From: Lama guanicoe
Lineage: Eukaryota
NCBI GenBank assembly: GCA_013239625.1
Contig: MU054575.1
Location: 6,216,498 to 6,280,497, forward strand
Direction: 5' to 3'
Length of the DNA stretch: 64,000 nucleotides
The notes below the pieces were generated by a model. That model was not told the DNA's origin. It did not search any database and worked only from the letters and a program-made list of their open reading frames with translations. Positions 15,392 through 41,368 of this stretch are shown piece by piece (position 1 is the stretch's first letter; every line of letters starts with the position of its first letter). A program made the translations under genes and the position numbers.

Positions 15392-18300
15392 ATGTTCCAG
15401 ATCCCAGAATTTGAGCAGAGTGAGCAGGAAGAATCCAGCCCTGCAGATAGGGGCCTGGGCCCCAACCCCATTGGGGACAGGGCCCCAGGTCCCGGCAAGC
15501 ACTGCCGAACAGCCACAGGCCTCCTGGGGGAAGCTGGTCACCAACAGGGGCAATCGGCCAACAGCAACTACCATGGAGGTAGGCACCCCCCTTACAACAA
15601 CCACCTGCCTGTCCACCTTACCTCCAGCTCAGTAGCTCCCTGCACCCCAGCTACCTCCACACTCCCTGAGTGGCTTTGATTAAGTCCCTAACCTCTCTGT
15701 ATCTCTTCTGTAAAACCGAGCAATTAGTCACCACCATTGTAGTGCTGTTGGGATGATTGGTAGGAATATCTAAGAAGCACTTAATTATAGAGCTGGTGCT
15801 TTCTAAATGCTCAAAGTATGTAGCTGTTAGTGTAGGACCAGGATAGAATCACTGAGAAGCAGCTGGAAAGGGGAAGTGACTTGCCTAAGGTCACACTTGC
15901 TTGGCATTTCCACCAAGCAGAGACTCTGCCCCAGGCTAGTACTTTCCCTGGGATTGGGCCTTACAGCTTCCAGCTATGTTCCTTCGCACTTGTTGGCTCA
16001 CACCCTCATAGGGCTGTCCTTGTCAGTTGCCAGGGCCCAGTGACCCCAGGAGACAGACGGCCCTACCAGGCAGCGGGTCTGTGTGGGGCTGGAGAGGCAT
16101 CAGCTGTCCTCCACACCTACTGAGGGGGACCCAGCGCTGGGATGGAAGGAGGGGCACTGGAGGGCAGCGACCATTTCTCAGTAGTCTCCATCCACCCAGT
16201 GCCCAGCACAAGCCTTAGCACCTGGAACAGCCACAGAGAGCTTCCGAAAACAAACATCACATTCCTTGCCAGCTGAAGCTGAAATGACACCTTCCCCATT
16301 TTCAGGAGCAGGAAGGCTTAAGGTCTCTTTCCCAACCCACTCTGTTATACTGAACTCCACGGGCTTTCTTTAACTTCTTCCAGGTCTTTGCACTTGCTGT
16401 TTTTCTGCTTTTTCTTCCTTCCCATCCTCTGTCTCAAGTGCTTAATGTGTGTCACATGCTGTTCCAGCTACCAGGGAGTACATCAGGGACCAGAAGAGAT
16501 AAATCCTTGCCCCTGTGGTGCCTACATTCTGGTAGGTGAGGGGAGACCAGCCATAAACAAACAAACAAGTAAATGATATAATGCATTAGAAGGTGATGGC
16601 AGTGTGTGACACACTCTTTACTTTCTTGTTGGAATCTAAAGTACCAAGGGGCGAGAGGAGTGACTTTAACTGAGGTGGCCTTGTCAGGGCAGGTCTTGCT
16701 AAGAAGTGACATTTGAGCAAAGGCTGGAAGTGATGAGTGTGAGCCAGGATGAGCCAGGCAGACATCTGAGGGAGGAGATGCAGGTGGAGGGAAGGGCATA
16801 TGCAAAGGCCCTGAGGGCAGGACACAGTTCAGGCCAGGGAAGGGAGGGGAGTTGGAGACACTTCAAGAATTAAGGGAGGAGGAGAGGCTGCTGGGCAGGG
16901 CCTTGGAGGACTAGGCGAGGTCTCCGGCTTTCACTTTGAGTGCAGACATGGAGGGCTTTGATCTGATGTGGGCTTCCAGAGAATCACTAGGGCACCTGTG
17001 TTGAGGCGTGTCTGCAGTGGGCAAAAGGAGGGGCGGTACCACAGGGGAGGATGCTGGCCTGGGCCAGGGTGGTGGCAGCGAAAGTGGTAAGTAACTGGAC
17101 TCTGGGCTTATTTGGAAGGTGGGATTTGCTGACGGACAGATGTGGGGTATGAGGCACAGAGAGGATCAAGGATGGCTGCAAGGGACCTGGCCTGGGCCTC
17201 TACAAGGATGGAGTGTCTCTTAACTGAGATGGAACTGACAGGGCATGGGGTGAGATCAGGAGCCCTGCTTGGGCCAGGTCAGGTCAGAGGTGCCTTCTAG
17301 GCATCCAGGTGGAGATTTCTAGTAGTGATAGAGCCAAGCGGAATTTGTACACGAGGGAGCTGGCAGTCACTGATGGAGTGTTCTGTGAGACCCCAGGGAG
17401 CCAATGTAGACAGGAGAGGGTCCAGCCTGCACAGGACAGCAGCAGAGGAGAAGCCAGCACTGGAGTCTGAGATGAGCCACCTGGTAAGGAGGGGAGTGCT
17501 CAACTGGGTGACGAGGGGAGGAGCAGGAGAAGGGCTGGGGGTGGGGTGCAGGACTGGACCACACAGGCAGTGCAGTTGGGGTGGAGAGCTGGGAGGGATA
17601 ATGGGAAGAGCTGGAGGCAGAAAGGAGCATCTACTATTGGCAGCTAAGCTCCTGTCCCGAAGAGCACAGGAGCAAGCGTCAGCTGAAGGCACCAGGAGAG
17701 TCAAGGAAGGCTTGTTTTATTATTTTTTAAGATAAAAAGGGAAAAGAAAATAGCATGTTTATAAGCTGATGGGTAAACCAGGAGCGAAGAAAACATAGGA
17801 GGGTGTAGGAGAGAAGGGAGGCTTGCTGGAGAGGTGTCCTTGGGTAGGAGAGAGTAGCTGGTGTGCAGGGGAGGGGCGGTGTATCTAAGTGCAGTGGGGA
17901 GGGTTGGGGGAGATACCTCGTGGGAACTTGTAGAAGTTTCTCTTGTGGGTCCTCCCAGCTTCTCAGTGGAAGGAAGCCAAGTCCTGAGCCAGGAATGAGG
18001 GTGGGGAGAGGGGTGGGGGCTGATGGGGAGAGAGGCCCTGATCTGAAGGGGTCGTCCAGCCTAGAGTACTGAGTGTCAGATGTATGCCTGGCCACATGCA
18101 GGACTCCCGCCACTGGGTCCTTTGACCGTGAATCTGAACTGAGTTGGCTCAGCTGCACTTTCCTCCAACCACCCTGGCCGCTCACTGTGAGAACTGGCAC
18201 AGAGTTGGTATTAACCAGAGCTGTTTGTCTCAGTCCAGTGGAGAGGCACTGGGGGGCTTGGCTCCGGTGGGGTGTAAGCTGGCCAAGTGTGAGGAATCCC

Positions 18301-21300
18301 AGCATCACTAGAGTTGGGGTCCCGAGGCAGGAAGCCGGGAAGGACCACTTCAGTGCTGTGAAGGAATGAAGATAGGCGTGACTAAGGGAGAGAGCTGCAG
18401 CGAGCTTGAGTGACCCCCTGCACACTAGGGGTGACCTGGGGGTGAGGGGTGCTTGTGGCCCAGAGGGGTAAGGATGGTAGAAGCTGAGAGAAACTAGATT
18501 TGGGGAGGAGGGGATGAGAATGTTCTGAAGCAGCAATGAAGAGGTAAACGCCTACTGCAGCTCCGGCCCCGCCACGAGGGTGGCTGCAGTGGGGGAAACA
18601 GTCACCATGTAAGAGGACTGCACTGGATTTCTTAAACGTTTTTTCTGTGCATGCCTTCTGTTTTTGGTTTTTTTTAATTGAAGTATAGTTGATTTGCAGT
18701 GATGTGTTAGTTTCAGGCATACAGCAAAGTGATTCAGTTATACATATATATATTTTTTCCATTATAGGCTATTACAAGATACTGAATATAGTTCCCTGTG
18801 CTATACAGCATGTCCTTGTTGTTTATCTATTTTATATACAGTAATTTGTATCTGCAAATTCCAAACTCCCAATTTATCTCTCCCCCTACCCTTTCCCTTT
18901 TGGTAACTGTAGGTTTGTTTTCAATGTCTGAGTCTGTTTCTGTTGTGTAAATAAGTTCAACTGCATCTTTTTTTTTTTTAGATTCCACGTATAAGTGATA
19001 TCATGATATTTGTCTTTCTCTGCCTTGCTTCACTTAGTATNNNNNNNNNNNNNNNNNNNNNNNNNNNNNNNNNNNNNNNNNNNNNNNNNNNNNNNNNNNN
19101 NNNNNNNNNNNNNNNNNNNNNNNNNNNNNNNNNNNNNNNNNNNNNNNNNNNNNNNNNNNNNNNNNNNNNNNNNNNNTATGTCTTGGCTAGTATAAATAGT
19201 GCTGCTGTGAACATTGGGTGCCTCAGTTTTCCTATCTGTAAAATGTGAATAGAACTAGTCACACCTCATAGGGTTGTCATGAGGAACTGATGCGTTAATA
19301 TAGGAAAATTGATCAGAAACAGTGTCTGGAACAAAGGAGGATTTGCTGTTCTTACTATTACTGCAGCTGTTATTATTGTTACAATGAGTTGGCCCAGGCT
19401 CTGAGCAGACCTAGGGATTGCCATTTATTCAGCAGGGATAGAGGCATGCATAACCAATGCACCCCTGATGATGGACAAGTGAAGTGTAGGTTAGACCCTG
19501 AATGTAAGGGCCTTGAAGGCCATGCCTAGGAGTTTGGGGTTTATCTCATGGGCAACGGGGAGCCATTGAAGGTTTTAGGCAGAGGACAGAAACAGTTGGG
19601 GTTTTTTTTGTTTGTTTGTTTTGTGTTTTTTGGAGGGGGGGGATTAGGTCTATTTATTTTCAGAGGAGGTAGTGGGGGTTGACCCAGGACCTCATGCATG
19701 CTAAGTGTGCACTCTATCACTTGAGCTATACCCTCCCCCCTCAGACATAGTTGGGTTTAGAGCAGGGGTTGGCAAACCACAGCCACAGGCTAAATCTCTC
19801 CTTTTTTGTACAGTCCATGAGCTAAGAATGATTTTGACATTTTTAACTAGTTGACAAAAATCCAAAGAAGAAAAGTATTTTCTTTCAGTGTCCCTAAATA
19901 AAATGTTAATGGAACACAGCCATGCACAGTCATTTATATATTGTTTATGGCTTCTTTCAACCTATGACACAAAGTTGGGTAGTTGTGACAGACTGTGTGG
20001 CCTGTCATGCCCAAAATATTTACTCTCTGGCCTTTTACAAAAAATATTTGCCAGCCGCTGCTTTAGAGTGTTTTCTGATTTCCTCAGCTCTGAGCAAGGT
20101 GGGGCTATGTTCTTAACAGGCCAGTAGGGGCAGGTGTACCCAAATGGCTTTGGGGTACACAAGGAGTCTGGGCCGAGGCCTGCAGTGCTGGAAGCCACCT
20201 GGCAACCGTGCCTGCTCAGGGTGGGGCGCCATGCCTTTCTGCCTGCTGGGGGCAGTGTGTGACTATGTGGTAGAGCAGGATCCAAACCCAGCCCTGCCTG
20301 AAGGCAAAGCTTCACTGCCTCGAATTGCCTGGAACACCACTGTTTTAATTAAGTCTTGGAGGATGCTCACTGAAGCTTGACCATGGATGTGTCCAGCCCC
20401 ACCCACTTACCCAGAAGCCCAGTGGGTGAAGGACTTAAAGCTTTGTGAGGGCTTGGGGCACCTCCAGCCACAGGCCCCTCCCTCTTCCCCACCCCAGCCC
20501 TAGGCAGGCTCTCGGGGAAGAAGGCTTGAGTGGGCAGGCCTGGGTATCCACCCACGCTCACACCAAGCTAGGAGCCACGTCCCCTCCCTATCCCTTACTT
20601 GCTCCAGAGGCCACTTCTGCCCTGCCCAGGGGCATGTAGGCATGAGAGCTAATTGAAAGTTTAATAGTTGAAGTGGGGGGCATATCTGCTTCCTCCAGGG
20701 AGTTCACAAAAAATCCCTCAGGTTTTTTCTAGTAAATAGAAGGACACTTAAAAGTTCTGGAGGGAGCCTGGAGCATGAGAGTTAAACACACAGACCCAGG
20801 GGCCAGACTGGCTGGGTGGGAAATCCCAGCTCTGCCACCTACCTATGATCTTGGGCAGGTTACTTACCCTCTCTGTGCCTTGGTTTCCTCCTAACCTCCC
20901 CCATAGGGCACGCAGAGGACAAATACGAGCAGTACTTCCAACCTGAAACCGGGAGGGCTCTTCTATTTGTTCTCATTCCCAGGAGAGGGGCTGGTGCCCA
21001 GACCAAGTGCCCACCTGCAAGCCACTTGCCTTCTGACCCTTGGCCCTTGCATACATCAAGTGCGGAGTTTATGTGGGTTCTTAGAGCCAGTAAAAGAGAA
21101 GAGCTGGTGGTTTCTGAGCACTTAAGTGACCAGGCAGGGTGGGCCAGCTGTGTGACCCCTGGCAAGTTCCTAACCTCTCTGTGCTTCATTTCCTCATCTA
21201 TAAAATAGGGAGAACTTGGTGTCCGCCTCACTGGGAAACTAGGTTTCAGGACATGAAAGAGGGAGAATGGGGTGCTTTCATTGTGTCATTTGTTCTTCTG

Positions 21301-23923
21301 GTGGTCCTGGGAGACCAGGGCTGCTCCCACTTCACAGAGGACACTGAGGCCCCAAGGGGTTGAAGGGCCCAAGGTCACAGAACAGGAACGTGGTTGAAGT
21401 GGGGCCCACCAGGCTAGTGACCCCTGCCCTGCTGCCCACACCCCCACGGAACCAGAAAGCACTCTGCAGACGGGTCTTTTCTCATCAGGGGTATTGCTGT
21501 TCTTGGCTCCTCCAGTCCCATTCCGAATCCCCACTGCTGATTTTGCTGCCCGTTCCCCACTGCCAGCTTGTTCCTCAAAGACCTTACCTACCTGACCCCA
21601 GGCCTGGGGTTTTGGGGGAGCCCACGTGCTCCGACCTTGCTCTTAGCCTAGGCCTTTCTGGATCCAGCCCTCTTGTCCCTTCTTGGCTTTCTCAGACACC
21701 TATCTGGAGCTGCGACCCTTGGAGGCCCTGCAGCCCTGGAGGTGACCCACAGGCTTTGGGGGGAAGGATGAGACATTGTTATCCCCTGGCTTAGACCTGA
21801 TCTAGATCTTACTGCCTCCAAAGTGCTTCTCTGACAGATGTGCCTTGCTGTGCATGCTGAGCACATTCCCCTGCACTTGCTCCATGCCTGTCTTTCATTC
21901 TATACTTTGTTGGTCTGGGTATGGGGCTGGGCTTGGCAGGAGGGCAGGGGAAGGCCTACAGTACACAGGTCAGACAAACTTTCGATATAGTAGAGGTGCC
22001 TCACTGAATAACGACCCATCACGCACTTCAGCTTACAGAGCACTTTCACGCTGTTTATTTTATGGGAGCCTTATGTGGTCACTGGTAATAAGGGCTAGGT
22101 TTATCCCCACAGAGAGGTGAGGACATAGGCTCAGGGAGTTGAACGGTAGTTGGACAAAGGAAAAAAGTGGAGCTCAATGGATAATCACTGGTTTCTGGAT
22201 TCCAACCTCTGAGGGACTTCTAGCCTCAGAGCTTCACAGCTATGTGACCCTGGTCAAGTCTTATCCTCTCTAAGCCTCTGTCTTCTCATCTGCAGAATGG
22301 AAGCAATGTTAGTACTTACTTCCCAGGATGGTTAGGAGGATAATTAGGTTATGCCTAGGGCCTAACACTCAGTTAAGTGTGCCATAAATTTACCTTAAAA
22401 GTCAACAGAAATTTCTGGACATTTCCTCCCAAGTGGGTGCTGTGGGAGGTACAGACTTGCTGCTGACATTTTTTTGTTCTCCAGGGGCCCAAGGTCTCCT
22501 GTAGGCCACAATAGAGGAACAGACAAGCCCCAGCAGGTTGCCTGCAGAGCTGAAGTTCAGCCCTACCTGGCTGGAGCAGGACACCTTTTCATCCAGGGGA
22601 CTGGTTTCCTCTGCAGGAGAATGGAGCTGATGAAAGAGCTAAAAGCCCTGGGGTTGCTGGAAATCCCAGGGTCTTGTACTCATAACTATAACTACTATCT
22701 CTAATGCCCTTATTTTGCGCCAGGCACAGAGGAAAGTCATTTTATACACTAAGGGCCTGGCCCATTATTGGGGCTCAATTAAGATTTGTGGGATTAATGA
22801 GAAGTTATTTCGAATCTTCACAAAAGCCTCATGAGCTTCCCTTAGGAAGGAACTGGGGCTCTGAGAGGTAGAGTGATGTGCACGCAAAGATATCAACCGG
22901 CAGGTGGAGCTGATACTGAGGGCTTCTGGACGGCTGGGAGCGAAGAGGAGTTGAGATTCACATCATCCCCCACCACCCGACCCTCTCTACAGGCGCTGGG
23001 GCTGTGGAAACCAGGAGTCGCCACAGCTCCCACCCAACGGGGACCGAGGACGAAGAAGGGACGGAGGAGGAGGAGCCCAGCCCCTTCCGGGGCCGCTCGC
23101 GCTCAGCGCCCCCCAATCTCTGGGCTGCACAGCGCTATGGCCGCGAGCTCCGGAGGATGAGCGACGAGTTTCACGGATCCTTCAAGGTGAGCGTACGGGT
23201 GGGCGCACGAATCCCCGTAGTCCTGGAGCATGCTGGGGACTATACTCGCAGGTCTCCTCCCACTGGACTGTTCCGTTAGGGTTCCGGTGCATGTCGGGAT
23301 TTGCAGTCTCGTGACTCCTCCCCTCCCACCGGCCTGCAAGGCATTTCGGGATCTGTAGTCCAGACCCCGCTCCAGAAGGCCAAGCCTCCTGGGTTCCCTA
23401 AATATTTGGAGCGCTAGGCATGCTGGCATCTGTGCTCCCAGCCAATCCCGTTCGGATATCCGGGTCCTCTGGCTTCAATTTCGGAACCACCTCTTTAATT
23501 CTCGAATTCTGGTCCCGTCTTACAGGTGCTTCCGGATCTCTGGCTCTGGTCCTAATAGGGTCTTCCTAGGCCTCCTCTCCCCGTCCCCGCTATGGAGGGT
23601 CCAGAATCTAACCAGTTCCATTCCTAAGAGCCCAAGCGATCGTTCATGCCTAGTAAAGTAGTCAGGAGACCCCTCGGTACAGGATCTTTATCTCCCCCGG
23701 AATTTCACTTAGCGGTGGGATTCCAGAAGTAGAGGGGCCTGACTTGGGCTGCCAGGTAAACTAATTCACTTAACCCTTTCCTCCTCCCACTTCAAAGGGA
23801 CTCCCTCGCCCGAAGAGCGCCGGCACCGCGACACAGATGCGGCAAAGTCCCAGCTGGACGCGCTTCATCCAGTCCTGGTGGGGCCGGAACTTGGGGAGAG
23901 GAGGCTCCGCCCCCTCCCAGTGA
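15392..23923 (+). CDS. BAD: BCL2-associated agonist of cell death, 168 aa
   Basis: Exons 15392-15578, 22993-23186, 23798-23923. MFQIPEFE start, RSRSAP phospho-site, BH3 [12 protein letters not shown], ..GGSAPSQ end. Confidence 0.98.
16430..17450 (-). mobile_element. L2 LINE 3' fragment(s), degraded
   Basis: L2-typical motifs such as 'gtgacatttgagcaaaggctggaag' and 'gcaaaggccctgagggcagga'; boundaries approximate. Confidence 0.6.
18661..19220 (-). mobile_element. L1 3' end (5'-truncated, contains an N gap), apparently inserted into a MIR
   Basis: poly(T) followed by 'aattgaagtatagttgattt..cagcaaagtgattcagttatacata..ccctgtgctatacag' L1 3'UTR; the MIR core resumes at about 19218. Confidence 0.8.
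19601..19740 (-). mobile_element. tRNA-derived SINE (camelid vic-1-like)
   Basis: Reverse strand reads GGGGGGAGGGTATAGCTCAAGTGATAGAG..GGTCCTGGGTCAACCCCC..A-rich tail. Diverged TSD CAGAAACAGTTGGG / CAGACATAGTTGGG. Same family as the copy at 62392. Confidence 0.8.
19763..20060. mobile_element. MER58-type hAT-Charlie DNA transposon
   Basis: TIRs CAGGGGTTGGCAAA ... TTTGCCAGCCGCTG; 8-bp TSD GTTTAGAG / CTTTAGAG. Confidence 0.8.
20760..22400. mobile_element. Cluster of MIR fragments in BAD intron (about 20760-20900, 21130-21250, 22030-22400)
   Basis: Repeated MIR cores, e.g. 'tcttgggcaggttacttaccctctctgtgcct', 'cttcatttcctcatctataaaata', 'tctcatctgcagaatgg'. Confidence 0.55.
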
Positions 23924-24740
23924 ACTTCCGTCCCATAAGCCGAAGCTCCCCACCGCCGTTGGTGGCCATCTTGGGAGTGGGCGGAAGTCTTTTCTGCAGG
24001 CCTTATGCAAAAATAGGATCCATTTCGTCCCTTTCGGAAGGAAGCGGTCTGACCCAGAGCCCGATTCCCTTCCGGGGTGTGCGGACCACGGAGGGGCTCG
24101 GTCCCCATCGGAAGTTTTGAAATTTTTCCGCCCTTAGTTGCCGGAAGTGGCTCCGTGACCCCGCCCCGGCGCTGGTCGGCCCCAGGTGCCTGCGCCAGTT
24201 GCCAGCCGGGATTAACCCTAACTTCGCCAGAACCCTTTCCTCCACGGTAACGCTGAGGGCTAACAGCTCGCTACGAAATGTGCTAATAAAGCCCGCGTCT
24301 GTGCCAGCGAGTCTCCTCCGTCCGTCGTTTGGGTCTTCGCGGGCAGGGGGAGCGCTGGTACTGATAATGTCAAAAGATGTCCCCGTTTTACATGTAAGGG
24401 AAACGGGCTCTTTTTGAGTGACATTCTGGGACCGAGACCAGGAAGGGGTTGAGGCGGCTAGCAGAGCCACGCTGCTTAGCCTCCGGGAAGCGGAGCGTGA
24501 CCAGGCCTCAGGGACCTCCAAGTCCTTAGCTCTAATATGGTAATTGGGAGCCGCAAGCTGGCTGGCCGCCGGAATGCCGCGTACTGCAAACCGTGCCGCC
24601 GTCCCCCAGGGAGGGTCATTTGTTCCTATTTGGGTCAGTCCTTTTGAGTAGCTACTGTGTGGCCGGCCTGAGGCCAGCGATCCTCAGGGAACTGGCAGGA
24701 CACGCAGGGCGGGTGGACGAGGGCGGGGGTAAGGCTCCGC
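23780..24740. promoter_or_regulatory. CpG island with ETS/YY1 motifs over the BAD last exon and 3' flank
   Basis: CGGAAGT at 23982, 24109 and 24142; ACTTCCG at 23924; GGCCATCTTG at 23964-23973; high CpG. Confidence 0.6.
24285..24290 (+). terminator. BAD polyadenylation signal AATAAA
   Basis: AATAAA about 360 nt after the stop, with GT/T-rich sequence downstream. Confidence 0.8.
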
Positions 24741-26434
24741 TCAGGGATTGTGACTAGAGTGATCACTAGGGAACTGGAGAAGCTTCACCAGGACCTGGGA
24801 ACAGAACTCAATTCCAGAAAGATTTATTGGCGCCCTCTATAGACCAGCCACCGCTTTGTATAGGTTCACAGAGATGAATTAAACGCCACAACTCCTGCTA
24901 TCTCAAGCTTCCTGGCAAGGGGAGAGCTAGCCTCTGAACAGTGGAGTTATCGCCAGCCGAGTCCTATAACAGGGGCTTGGAACCGGGCTAGGGGCGGCTC
25001 ACTCCAGCAAGGGAAAGTCAGGGAGGTCTTCAAGGAGGAGGTGAGCTAGACTCGAAGAGATGGGGGAGAGGGCTGTCATTCCTGGTAGAGGAAGGAGCAG
25101 ACCCATGGACGGATAAGGGGAGCAGCAGAGGCCAAGCGTCTCAAGGATGGGAATGTAGTACCCAGGAGTTTGGAGTTTAGCCTGGTCTTTGAGGACCTGG
25201 GGACTGGTATCTAGTGTTGCCGTGTGGAGTCAGGAAGATAAGAGCTGGCTGCTGAGAGGCCTGAACAGGGCAGATTTGGGGCTAGGACAAAGCCTGACTG
25301 CAGAAGCAGGGAAGGCCTGGGCAATGGTACTGATCCTAAGGAAGCAGGGCCTTAGGCAGAGGTCCCCAGCCTGACACATCCCTGCTCTGGAAGTCCTGTT
25401 TCTCTGGCCTTCCCACCACATTTGTTTGTCTGAGGTTGCAGCAAAAACAAAGAAAGAAAACACTCAATTGGCAGGAGATAAGCCCAGATAAGAGGCTGCC
25501 TTCCTCTGGAGGAGGGAGGCAGTCAGCCCAGGAAGCGCCAGGAAGCTGGGAGAGGCCTTGAAGAAGTGCCAGCCTGACCCTGCTGCAGAACCCGGCCGCA
25601 CCCTCGCTGCGGGGTCTCTGCCACTCTGCCGTCCCAGGGCCGGAGGGGGAGGCGTGGAGCAGGTCCTCCAGGCTGGCATAGAGGGTCCAGGCCCACCCTG
25701 CCTCCAGATCAGGATGTCTTGACTTAGTTGTGGCCTCAGTTTCCTCATCTGCAAAACAGGGATAACATCTCCCTCACAGGGATGAGAGGGATGCTGGGTC
25801 TCCTAGCCCCTGCAAGTGCCTGTGACTGTCAGCTTCCATTCTCCCAAGAGTCACTTCAAGGCCCATCCTCTTCCCACCTAAAGCTGAGAACCCAGGTCCC
25901 CTGATGTTGGGCAGGTTCTGGGCTGCCCAACTCCACCCCTAGCAGGTCGATCCCCAGATAGTCAACTGCCTGTGTGGCTGGAGCTGCCTCAGTGGAGGAT
26001 GCTGGGTGTTTGGGTCATATCAGGCAACAGGAAGGGGGGGGGGCAGAGGAGGCTTCCTGAAGCAAAGGCCTGAGCCTCTGTGAAGGGAGGACAAGAAAAG
26101 CCCAGGAGGGAGAAAAGTAATGGGGGCGTGGGGCGGGAGTGATAGCCCAGGGCAGGGGCATAGAGGCGGGGAAGCCTCGGGGAGACCAAAGGGGCTCTGG
26201 TGTCAGGTCATTGGGAAGATCTGCAGGTAGTTCCTGGGCAAGGAGGTCTCAGGTTTGAAACCCAGCAACCCTCTGGACGGGGGCCTGACCTCAACCCCAC
26301 AATGCCCACAAGCCCATTTTATAGATGAGAAAACTGAGGCTCCAGAAGTGGCAGAGCCAGGTCTAGGGCCCGGAGTCCTCTCCAGCGCTACCCCACCCCA
26401 AACCACGCTGCACACAGGATCCCTGAAATCCACT

Positions 26435-26440
26435 TTTATT
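26435..26440 (-). terminator. PLCB3 polyadenylation signal AATAAA
   Basis: TTTATT on + strand, about 380 nt past the stop. Confidence 0.75.
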
Positions 26441-26821
26441 CATGTAAAAAAAATTCCCAAAAGGATAGAGAAAGAATGTGACCCCTACTTCCCGGAGCTC
26501 GCTGTCTCTACCCAGTGCTCCCTGGGGAAGTGAAGGAGATGACGCCCACTCTGGGGTGTGGGTGTCATGGGGGCGAGGCTCTTCTGGCCCAGTGACCCAC
26601 TCAGCACCTTCTCTAGAACTGAGGACAGGAAAGAGGGGCGGAGGACTAAGAGGGCCCTAGGAGGGTGAAGGGAGGGAGTTAGTGTGGGGTGCTCGCCCCA
26701 GTTTAAAAAAATAAAATTTCTAAAGATAAAAAGTTAAAAAAAAAAAAGCATCAGTGTCTTGGCCTCCTGCCCTCTTCCCAGCGCCCACCCTGGCCCTTTG
26801 GCCACCTCTTGCTCAGCCAGT

Positions 26822-41368
<14,547 letters not shown>

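Noticed and set aside
17727-18536. 269-aa minus-strand ORF in BAD intron
   Set aside because: Non-ATG start, adjacent to or within degraded L2-like sequence, no homology recognised
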